Made by a program: the position numbers and the translations under genes. This document shows, piece after piece, positions 27,284 through 35,358 of a stretch of 64,000 nt of DNA; positions within the stretch are counted from its first letter, which is position 1, and every line of letters begins with the position of its first letter. The notes under the pieces are model-generated. The model had not been told where the DNA came from, ran no database searches, and was given only the letters and a program-made list of their open reading frames with translations. Source of the DNA: Deltaproteobacteria bacterium (lineage in GTDB: Bacteria; Desulfobacterota; Desulfobulbia; Desulfobulbales; Desulfurivibrionaceae); NCBI GenBank assembly GCA_026388735.1, contig JAPLJG010000009.1, positions 362 to 64,361 of the forward strand, given 5' to 3'.

Positions 27284-29962
27284 CTACACCTTGGCCAGAT
27301 TTTCCCCCACCACCGTGTTCACCACCAGAGGGACATCAAGCTGCATCACCCCTTCCATGGCCTCCTTGACCACACCCTTGGTCGCCTCGATTTCCGCAGC
27401 CGGAACCTCAAAGACCAGCTCGTCATGGATCTGGAGCAGGAGTTTTGCGCCCAGGCCCTGTTCGCTGAGCCGCCGGGTGGCAGCGATGGTGGCTAGTTTG
27501 ATAATGTCGGCGGCTGTGCCCTGGATGGGGGTGTTGATCGCGGTGCGCTCGGCAAATTCGCGGCTGACCTTATTGCTGCTGTTGATATCGGGCAACAGGC
27601 GGCGCCGATTGAGCAGGGTGGTGACAAAGCCGTCCTGTCGCGCTTTTTCGACGATCTCTTCCATGAAGCGCTTCACCCCGGCATAGTGGGCGAAGTAGCG
27701 CTCGATGAAGGTGGCGGCTTCCTTGCGGCTCAGGTTGAGTTGGGCGGCCAGGCCAAAGGCGCTTATCCCGTAAATAATGCCGAAATTGATGGTCTTGGCC
27801 ACCCGCCGCATCTCCGGGGAGATAAAGGCGGCATTGACCCGGAAGATCTCGGCCGCGGTCTGGTTGTGCACGTCCTGGCCCGTGCGGAAGGCGGTGAGCA
27901 GAGCCGGATCTTTAGCATAATGGGCCATGACCCGCAGGTCGATCTGTGAATAGTCGGCAGAGAGAAAGAGCTGGCCTGGCGCGGCCACGAAAGCGGCCCG
28001 GATTTTCTGGCCCTCGGGGGTGCGGATCGGGATATTTTGCAGGTTGGGGTTGCTGCTGCTCAAGCGGCCGGTGGCGGTGACGGTCTGGTTGAACGAGGTG
28101 TGAACCCGCCCGGTTTTGGGGTGAATGAGCTCCGGCAGTTTGTCCACATAGGTGTTCTTGAGCTTGCTCAAGGTCCGGTGGGCCAGGATCGCCGCAGGCA
28201 GATCGTGCTGCCGGGCCAGACTTTCCAGTACTTTGACATCGGTGGAATAGCCGGTTTTGGTTTTGCGGCCCTGGGGCAGTCCCAGCTTGGCAAAGAGGAT
28301 CTCGCCGAGCTGGCGGGTGGAATTGATGTTGAACTCCTCCCCGGCCAGGGCATAGATGGCCTTTTCCAGCTCAGCCAGCTGGAGGCCGAAATCCTCGGAC
28401 AGGTGCTGCAACTGGGCCTGGTCCACGGTGATGCCGGTCCGCTCCATCTGGACCAGAATGGGGACCAGCGCCATCTCCAGGTCGGAGAAAAGCTCCCAGA
28501 GGCCAAGCTTTTCGAGCTGTGGCCGGAACTGTTGCCAGAGCAGGAAGGCCCCGATCACATCCTCGCAGGAATAGTCCTTGGCCGCCTCCGGGGCAACATA
28601 GGCAAAGCTGTCCGACCGCTTGTCGTTGTCGGTGACTTCGCCGAAGCTGGTCAACCGTTTGCCGAGCATATCCAGGCACAGGTCGTCGAGCTTTTGCGAC
28701 CGGCGGGAGGGGTCAAGGAGGTACGAGGCGATCATGGTGTCCCAGAGGGGGCCGGACAGCCGGAGACCGTGGTTTTCCAGGATGGGCAGATCGAATTTGA
28801 GATTGTGGCCGAGCTTGGGCAGGTCGGGGTCGGAAAAAAGCAGGGTCAGGCTTTTTTGGACCAGGGACAGGGGCAGCTGATTGGCCACGAGGCCTCCGTC
28901 ACTATCCCGATGGTCAATGGGTAGGTAATAGGCCTCCTCGGCTGTGGTGCAGAGGGAGATGCCCACTAGCTTGGCCACCAGCGGGTCAAGGGAGGTGGTT
29001 TCCGTGTCCAGCACCAGCAAGGGGGCGGTGGCCATCTGTTGGCAGACCTTCTGGAGCTGGTCCTCCGTGCTGATCAGCTGGAAGCCCTTGGTCTCAAGGG
29101 CAACGGCCTTAGAGGTCGGGGCCTTGAGCAGGCGGCTGAAATCGAGAAAGGTGTAGAGTTCCTGAAGTTTTTCCTCGTTGGGCTCAGGGATTGCGTATTC
29201 TTGGAGTTCTGGGGTGGCCAGATCTTCCTTGAGGGCGATGAGCTGGCGGGAGAGAAAGGCGTTCTCTCGACTGGCCAGAAGTTTTTCTTTGAGCTTTGCC
29301 TGGGAGAGGGTTTCGATATTTTGATAGAGGCCCTCCAGCGAACCGTATTCATTGATCAGTTTTTCTGCGGTTTTTGGGCCGATACCAGCCACGCCGGGCA
29401 CGTTATCCGAGCTGTCGCCCATCAGGGCGAAAAAATCCAGGAGCTGTTGCGGCGGGATATTGTATTTTTTCTGCACTGCGGCGGGGTTCATGAACACGTC
29501 CCGCATGGGGTCCCAGACGGTGATGGTCTCCGAAACCAGCTGGAGCAGGTCTTTGTCCCCGGAGACCAGGATTACCGGGTGCCCTTGGGCTGCGAGCTTT
29601 TTGGCCGCAGAGGCCAACAGGTCATCGGCCTCATAGCCTTGGCGCTCCAGGCAGGCGAAATTGTGGGCGGCGACGATCTCTTTAATGTAAGGGATCTGGC
29701 AGGCAAGGTCGTCGGGCATGGACGGACGATTTGCTTTGTAGGCCTGGTACATTTCATGGCGGAAGTTGGGGCCCCGCACATCAAAGGCGATGCCGATAAA
29801 CCTGGGCGCCTTCTCCCGCAGGACCCGGAGCAGGATGTTGGTGAACCCATACACCGCATGGGTGGGCAGGCCATTCTTGTTGGTGAGCGGAGCGATGGCA
29901 TGGTAGGCCCGGTAGATATAGGCGCTGGCGTCGATGAGGTACACAGGTTCTTGCTGGATCAT
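27284..29962 (-). CDS. polA: DNA polymerase I
   Basis: Contains 5'-nuclease, 3'-5' exonuclease and polymerase domains, including motif A (LSADYSQIDLRV) and motif B (RRVAKTINFGIIYG). The start is set at MIQQEPVYLIDASAY. The track ORF adds 8 aa upstream. Confidence 0.95.
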   Translation of the reverse strand: MIQQEPVYLIDASAYIYRAYHAIAPLTNKNGLPTHAVYGFTNILLRVLREKAPRFIGIAFDVRGPNFRHEMYQAYKANRPSMPDDLACQIPYIKEIVAAHNFACLERQGYEADDLLASAAKKLAAQGHPVILVSGDKDLLQLVSETITVWDPMRDVFMNPAAVQKKYNIPPQQLLDFFALMGDSSDNVPGVAGIGPKTAEKLINEYGSLEGLYQNIETLSQAKLKEKLLASRENAFLSRQLIALKEDLATPELQEYAIPEPNEEKLQELYTFLDFSRLLKAPTSKAVALETKGFQLISTEDQLQKVCQQMATAPLLVLDTETTSLDPLVAKLVGISLCTTAEEAYYLPIDHRDSDGGLVANQLPLSLVQKSLTLLFSDPDLPKLGHNLKFDLPILENHGLRLSGPLWDTMIASYLLDPSRRSQKLDDLCLDMLGKRLTSFGEVTDNDKRSDSFAYVAPEAAKDYSCEDVIGAFLLWQQFRPQLEKLGLWELFSDLEMALVPILVQMERTGITVDQAQLQHLSEDFGLQLAELEKAIYALAGEEFNINSTRQLGEILFAKLGLPQGRKTKTGYSTDVKVLESLARQHDLPAAILAHRTLSKLKNTYVDKLPELIHPKTGRVHTSFNQTVTATGRLSSSNPNLQNIPIRTPEGQKIRAAFVAAPGQLFLSADYSQIDLRVMAHYAKDPALLTAFRTGQDVHNQTAAEIFRVNAAFISPEMRRVAKTINFGIIYGISAFGLAAQLNLSRKEAATFIERYFAHYAGVKRFMEEIVEKARQDGFVTTLLNRRRLLPDINSSNKVSREFAERTAINTPIQGTAADIIKLATIAATRRLSEQGLGAKLLLQIHDELVFEVPAAEIEATKGVVKEAMEGVMQLDVPLVVNTVVGENLAKV

Positions 29963-30137
29963 GGGGCAAGATACTACCAGCCGCATGGTGGTTTGGCAAC
30001 ATTGTCCCGTGTCCTGTTGCGCAACGTATGTGGTCGGAAGTGTGTCTTGTCGAGGGAAACGAGGTCGAGAATCGGGAGGTAGATGCTTGGTTTCCGGTTG
30101 AATTACGGTGGTTTTTCGAGGGATGGTTTTTTTATTT

Positions 30138-30163
30138 TAAGTTTGTAATCAAAAGGCCGATAT
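30138..30163 (+). promoter_or_regulatory. sigma-28 (FliA) promoter upstream of flgM
   Basis: TAAGTTT-N11-GCCGATAT compared with the consensus TAAAGTTT-N11-GCCGATAA. It lies about 100 nt upstream of the flgM ATG. Confidence 0.6.
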
Positions 30164-30264
30164 GATAATTACAAAGGTGTAGGTGCATGGGGGGCATGGT
30201 CTTCCCGGCGCTTCAATTTCTACGAACGGCTGCAAATAAACTGCAGAGAAACAAGGATCTGGTC

Positions 30265-30564
30265 ATGAAACTAACAGGTATTTTCCCTCCGATTAAAACA
30301 GAGAAGGTTCAGGTTAAGAAAACTGAAGGCTCTGCCGCTGCTAAGGCTGACAGCACCGCCCTGCCAACGGATCGTGTGGTGCTGTCTGTTGGTTCCCTGG
30401 ACGTGCAGAAGGTTCGGGATATTCTTGAGCAGACGCCGGAAGTTCGTGCGGACAGGGTTCAGGCCCTCAAGGACGAAATCGCCCGCGGCGAATATCAGGT
30501 TGATCCTTCCCGGCTTGCCGATAAAATGATGGGCAGCCTGCTCTCCGAGACCTTGGTGGAGTAA
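30265..30564 (+). CDS. flgM: anti-sigma-28 factor FlgM
   Basis: 99 aa from MKLTGIF. The C-terminus RVQALKDEIARGEYQVDPSRLADKMM is the FlgM signature. The track ORF starts at 30187, and I consider the shorter form more likely (AAGGA Shine-Dalgarno sequence). Confidence 0.8.
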   Translation: MKLTGIFPPIKTEKVQVKKTEGSAAAKADSTALPTDRVVLSVGSLDVQKVRDILEQTPEVRADRVQALKDEIARGEYQVDPSRLADKMMGSLLSETLVE

Positions 30565-30626
30565 CGCCCAGCCGTTCTTCATTCCTTTCTCTTCTTCGTC
30601 TTTCCCCAAAGTAGGACCTTTCTGAA

Positions 30627-30655
30627 CCCCGGCTTTTGCCGGGGTGATAGTTTTT
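30627..30655 (+). terminator. rho-independent terminator after flgM
   Basis: CCCCGGC-TTTT-GCCGGGG hairpin followed by TGATAGTTTTT. Confidence 0.5.
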
Positions 30656-30713
30656 GCAAGCGCCTCAGTATTTCCGGCTTTTTCTCGCATTTTTGTCCCT
30701 TGCCGTTGCCCAA

Positions 30714-31199
30714 TTATTCCGCCGAATCCGTGGTGAAAACGGGCCAGCAGGCATCGTATCGCATGGGATCCTGCAATACCTGTTTGGCTAGACGCGTCTG
30801 GGGGTTGAGCGCCACCGGGCCGAGGAGGTTGGCCGTCATCCCTTCGGTGTTCTCCTTGGGGATGGTCAGGATGAGCAGGATTTCCAGGGGTTGTTCCGGC
30901 GAGCCTTGCAGTTCCTGCCGGGTCAGGCTGGAGATTTCCGGCTGGTATTGCGGGATCAGGAGGGCGGCCTGAATAGCCACAAAGGCGAGCTTTGGGTCAT
31001 CCAGGGACTGGAGCCAGAGAAACGGTGATTCTTCTCCGTGCGGCTTGACGATGAACCGTTTTGAATCAGGGAAGCCCAGAAAAGGGGAGGTCATGCTGAT
31101 GATCTTCTCCGGGTTCACTGACAGTTGGCCAAAACGGCTGGTGGACACCGTGATTTCCCCATGTTTTTCCGTGCAGGTTGTTGTGGTCATGGCGAGCAT
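30714..31199 (-). CDS. fliW: flagellar assembly factor FliW
   Basis: 161 aa. FGQLSVNPEKIISMTSPFLGFPDSKRFIV...FLWLQSLDDPKLAFV is typical of FliW. Confidence 0.9.
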   Translation of the reverse strand: MLAMTTTTCTEKHGEITVSTSRFGQLSVNPEKIISMTSPFLGFPDSKRFIVKPHGEESPFLWLQSLDDPKLAFVAIQAALLIPQYQPEISSLTRQELQGSPEQPLEILLILTIPKENTEGMTANLLGPVALNPQTRLAKQVLQDPMRYDACWPVFTTDSAE

Positions 31200-31295
31200 T
31201 ATCCTTTTCTCCTTCGTGGCTGAAGAGCAGTGTGACGGCGTGCGGTTGTTCCCATCTGGTGTCCCCGCCTGAATTTTCGCTTGTTCGTATCTTTT

Positions 31296-31562
31296 TTATT
31301 TGCCGCCTTTCAGCGGCGGTTTGGTCCGGGCCTTGTCTCCGCCAAAAACAGAAGCAAGGGAAGAAAGATCCGCAGGAGCCTCCGCTGCAGCTCTAGTGTT
31401 TTCTTCCAGGATGCGGAGGTAGATTTCTTCGCGGTGGACCATGATCTCGGTTGGGGCCTCGACCCCGATCTTCACCTGTCCGCCCTTTATCTCAAGAACC
31501 CGAATCTTTATGCCATCGCCAATGGCAATGGCTTCGCCTGGTTTTCTGGTAAGTATGAGCAT
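31296..31562 (-). CDS. csrA: carbon storage regulator CsrA (long C-terminal, FliW-partner type)
   Basis: The sequence [48 protein letters not shown], plus a ~30-aa C-terminal extension. Confidence 0.95.
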   Translation of the reverse strand: MLILTRKPGEAIAIGDGIKIRVLEIKGGQVKIGVEAPTEIMVHREEIYLRILEENTRAAAEAPADLSSLASVFGGDKARTKPPLKGGK

Positions 31563-31647
31563 GGTGTTCGCCCTCCCTGGCGTTATTGATGACTGATACG
31601 CTCTTCCCTGAACGTATTCTCCTTTTTTTACGAAGAGAAAACAATGC

Positions 31648-34600
31648 CTACTTGAGAAAGTCTACCAGGCTCAGCTGCATGGTTTTGGCGGCGGCCGACA
31701 AGGCCGCTTGGTAGGCTGTTTCTTTGCCTTTGAGTTCCAGCAAGGCCTTTGTAATATCGGTGTCTTCCTTTTCCGAGAGATTTGTCTTGGTGGACAGCTC
31801 AAGGTTTGAATAAATCTGCTGTTGGACAATGATCCGGTTCGCCCGGGCGCCAAAATCGGAGACCTGGGTAGTCAGATTCTGCATGAGGTCATCCAGCCCG
31901 GCAATGGACTTGCTGATATTGCTGACTTGGGCGTTGTCCGTTTCGCAGCCTGTGACCCGCAGGAAATTGCTGGTGTCGCCGGAGAGAGCAAAGGTGTAGC
32001 GTTCCGGGTCATTGCTGCTGATCTGGAGATGTCCGTCTGCCGACCAAGACGCGGAGATGCCGGGCACCCCATTGATGCGGCTGGCGATGTCTGACAGGGA
32101 ATCCTTGGCGGTGTCAATATTGATGGGCACCGAACTTGTTGTGGCCGGGCTGGTGTCGTGGTTGCTCACCGCAATGGTGAATGAGCCATTTTGTAATTCG
32201 TTCTCAAGTGTAAGTCCTGTTTTGCCGCTGTTCATGAAAGCGCTGGCGTCGAGAGCCTTGGCCGCGCCGTCAAGCGTTGTATAATTTTGTCCTCGCAAGG
32301 CATCCTGGAGACTTTTGAGGATAGTGAAAATGCCGGTATCCATGACAGCGGACTGGCCGTTTTTGCCCACGTCTATCGTGCTTTGCTGGCCGACCTTGAC
32401 TGCGAAATCATTTTTTCGGTCTCCGGCGTAACGGACATAGCCATTTTCGTATTCGATCTTGTTGACGAAGATTTTGCCGTCATCGGCGGTGTCTCCCGTT
32501 TGTCCGGTGACAGGGGCTCCTCCGGCAAGTCCAAGAGCGTTAAAGCCGGTTTCGTAATTTGTAACCGCTCCCACCGTGGTGGTGTTGCTGTTCATGAAGA
32601 ATTCCTTGCCGCCCCACAGGCGGAGCTCGCCGAAGTAAACCTGGTCTTGGGGGGCGGTGCCACCGTTGAGCTGAGTGACTTTTTCGCCAAGGGCACTGGT
32701 CTGGATATGAAGGTTGCGTCCGTCCATGGCAGAGAGAATAATCTGCCCGATATTGTTTCTCCCAGCCTTGATCCCGGTTTGGTCCGTTTTTGCGTTGATG
32801 GCGTTGATCAGGGTATTGCTGCTATCTCCAGAGGTTATGGCCGTTGCGTGTGAAAATATATCTATTCCGTTGATGGTGAGGTCTCCGCTTTTCAGGTAGA
32901 TCGGGGTGGAGCCATATTCGAGGGTGCCGTCCGCTGCGATATCTCCGGTGATGCCGGTGTTGGTTTCCCCGCCGCCCAGATTAAGGCCGTCAAGGATGGA
33001 ATCATCGAGAGGGTGGGTAGGACTCGAGAGCTGAAAGGCCGTTGCCGAGGAAAAGGAAACGCTGCCGGTGTTGTGTGTGGCATCGGCAGCTTGGTTGACA
33101 TTGGAGAGGCCGGTGCGCGCTATTTCAGTCGCGCTCAACCCTGCCACCACGATGGGGCTTTCGTCGCCGGTTAGGGAATTGTAAAGGACGAGAGAATCGG
33201 TAATGCCGCCATTGGTGCCGGTGCCGGTGGTGGCCATCACTCCTGTCTGCTTGCTCACTGCGTTGATGGCGCTCATCACTTGTGAGGCCACGGCGTTGTC
33301 TGTCAGCCCCGAGGCATTGACGCTGACAGTCACGCCATTGATGGTGAAGCTCGCCGCCGAAGAACCGAGGGCGGTATGGTCGGCCTTCACGCCGCTGGAG
33401 TACAGGGTGGTGAGGGAGGCGGTCACCCCGGTGGAGCCGCTGGCGGCATTGATGGCCTGTTTGGTATTATCCGCCATGCCCATATTGAGGCCATTGGTGA
33501 CGGCGCCGGCGGCAATGGCGCCCAGGGCAACGCCGTTGATGGCAAGATCGCCGGCGAGGATGCCGATGTTCTGTGGGGTGGCGACGAGTTTGCTCGTCTC
33601 GGTGCCGCTGGCCACTGCGGCAACCGCAGTGATGCTGGTGGGGGCCACGGTGGCGGAAACGCCGGTCTGGCTGGTGGCGTTGTTGATGGCTGCGGCCTTG
33701 GCCGTGGCCGAGATGTCTTGGTAGACGTCGGAGATGCCGTCGGCTACGGTGGTGATAGCCGTGCCGTTGATGTCAAGATCTCCGGAGCCTAGACGGGAAC
33801 CGTAGAGTAGAGTCCCATCGCCGGCGTTGTCGGCAAAGCCCTGGAGCCCGCCTCCCAGACCGAGAAGGTTGAGGACGGTGTCGTTCGCTGTGCTGGTGGT
33901 GATTTCAAATGCAGAGGTGGATGAGAGAGAAAGTGTGCCTGTATTGTTGTTGTTGCCAATCGCTTGGTTGATGTTGCCAAGGCCGGTTGTGGAGGCTCCG
34001 GCCACCGCATATCCGGTAATAATGATGTTTGAGTCGTTTCCGGCCAGGGTGTTGTGTAACACCACGGAATCCGCTATCCCGCCGTTGGCGCCGGTGCCTC
34101 GCGCCGCAGTGACTCCGGTACGATCACTTATGCTGTTGATGGCAGCCACAGTGGCATTGGCGGCGGCGGTGGTGGTGAGGTTGTCGTCTATGCTCACGTT
34201 GACCGGCACCCCATTGAGGTAAAAGAAGGCGTTGGTGGTGGTGCCTGGGGCGCCGCCAGGGACAGTTGCTGCTGCGCCTGCGGAGAGGGTGGTCAGCTTG
34301 GCGGTTACCCCCTCAGTGGCTTTATTGTCGGAAAGGCCGGTGATGGTCTTTTCCGTAGCGTTGAGGCCGGTGATGGTCATGGCCGAACCGTCATTCGAGC
34401 GGAGGATGATGGCATTGGCCTCCCCGCCGTTGGCGCCGGTGCCTTTGCTGGCGGTGATCGTGGAGCTGGCGAGATTGATGGCAGTGACCATTTTGTCGGC
34501 CACGGTACTGGCGTTATCCCCCGCGACGGTGGTCACATCGATTAGGTCACTATTGAGGTAAAAGGCCACCCGGGAGGCGGTGCCCGTGCCGGTTGCCGCC

Positions 34601-35346
34601 ACACCTGCGTAAGGCGAGGCAAGGGTGTCGCTGACTCCGGTCTGGGAGATGACCTTCTGATTGTTGATGGCGCTGGCGGCGTTGAAGACGCCGTCCATGT
34701 TCAGGCCGTTGACCCCGGCGTTGGTGATATCGATTGTGCCAGCAATATTTGCCACATCCACCCCGTTGATCAGCAGGTTTGTCGCAGCAATATCGACCGC
34801 CGCGCCAGTGGGGACCGTGCTGGTTAACCGGGTGGTGCTGCTGTCTGGCATGCGGCCGCCGCTGACAAAGTATCCGTCCCTGGCATCTTGAACAAAGGGG
34901 GCGGGCTCGGTCTTGGTGTAGCCGGTGGTGCGGAAGCCGCCAAAGGTGTACTTGCCGTTGACCGAGGTGTTGCCCAGAGTGATTGCCGACTCGAAAAGGT
35001 GTTGCACTTCTTCCGCAGCACTCAATCTGTTTTCCGGAGTCACGGAGGCATTGGCCAGTTGGATGGCCAGTACCTTGGCCCGGGAGGCGAGCTCCTTCAT
35101 CTGGGTGAGAGAGTTTTCCGCAGCGGTGATGGTCTTGTCGCCGAACTTGAGATTGTCCTGGTACGAGGTGATTTGGGTGAGACTGCTCCTGAGCCCAAGG
35201 GCTGTCACCAGGTTGACCGGATCATCGGAGATTGTGGACATCTGCTTTCCCGAGGAGATCTGGTTGTTGACCCGGTTCATATCCGTGGTGAGCTGGTTGA
35301 GATTCGTCAGGATATTGTTGTGGATGGACTGCATGGTGATTCGCAT
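31648..35346 (-). CDS. flgL: flagellar hook-associated protein 3 FlgL, greatly expanded (1232 aa)
   Basis: The N-terminus [15 protein letters not shown] matches the FlgL/flagellin-N pattern, and the C-terminal helix is flagellin-C-like. The gene lies directly downstream of flgK. A ~950-aa repeat-rich insert sits between the conserved termini. Confidence 0.85.
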   Translation of the reverse strand: MRITMQSIHNNILTNLNQLTTDMNRVNNQISSGKQMSTISDDPVNLVTALGLRSSLTQITSYQDNLKFGDKTITAAENSLTQMKELASRAKVLAIQLANASVTPENRLSAAEEVQHLFESAITLGNTSVNGKYTFGGFRTTGYTKTEPAPFVQDARDGYFVSGGRMPDSSTTRLTSTVPTGAAVDIAATNLLINGVDVANIAGTIDITNAGVNGLNMDGVFNAASAINNQKVISQTGVSDTLASPYAGVAATGTGTASRVAFYLNSDLIDVTTVAGDNASTVADKMVTAINLASSTITASKGTGANGGEANAIILRSNDGSAMTITGLNATEKTITGLSDNKATEGVTAKLTTLSAGAAATVPGGAPGTTTNAFFYLNGVPVNVSIDDNLTTTAAANATVAAINSISDRTGVTAARGTGANGGIADSVVLHNTLAGNDSNIIITGYAVAGASTTGLGNINQAIGNNNNTGTLSLSSTSAFEITTSTANDTVLNLLGLGGGLQGFADNAGDGTLLYGSRLGSGDLDINGTAITTVADGISDVYQDISATAKAAAINNATSQTGVSATVAPTSITAVAAVASGTETSKLVATPQNIGILAGDLAINGVALGAIAAGAVTNGLNMGMADNTKQAINAASGSTGVTASLTTLYSSGVKADHTALGSSAASFTINGVTVSVNASGLTDNAVASQVMSAINAVSKQTGVMATTGTGTNGGITDSLVLYNSLTGDESPIVVAGLSATEIARTGLSNVNQAADATHNTGSVSFSSATAFQLSSPTHPLDDSILDGLNLGGGETNTGITGDIAADGTLEYGSTPIYLKSGDLTINGIDIFSHATAITSGDSSNTLINAINAKTDQTGIKAGRNNIGQIILSAMDGRNLHIQTSALGEKVTQLNGGTAPQDQVYFGELRLWGGKEFFMNSNTTTVGAVTNYETGFNALGLAGGAPVTGQTGDTADDGKIFVNKIEYENGYVRYAGDRKNDFAVKVGQQSTIDVGKNGQSAVMDTGIFTILKSLQDALRGQNYTTLDGAAKALDASAFMNSGKTGLTLENELQNGSFTIAVSNHDTSPATTSSVPINIDTAKDSLSDIASRINGVPGISASWSADGHLQISSNDPERYTFALSGDTSNFLRVTGCETDNAQVSNISKSIAGLDDLMQNLTTQVSDFGARANRIIVQQQIYSNLELSTKTNLSEKEDTDITKALLELKGKETAYQAALSAAAKTMQLSLVDFLK
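32758..34566 (-). repeat. coding tandem repeats inside flgL (three copies of one module, the first partial)
   Basis: R0 spans 34324-34566 (partial), R1 spans 33646-34227 and R2 spans 32758-33351. All three align by eye at the protein level (see findings). Confidence 0.75.
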
Positions 35347-35358
35347 GGGTTCCTCCTT

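Noticed and set aside
32758-34566. CRISPR-like or other non-coding tandem repeats
   Set aside because: The repetition lies inside a continuous ORF (flgL) and is conserved at the protein level. There are no short direct repeats with spacers anywhere in the window.
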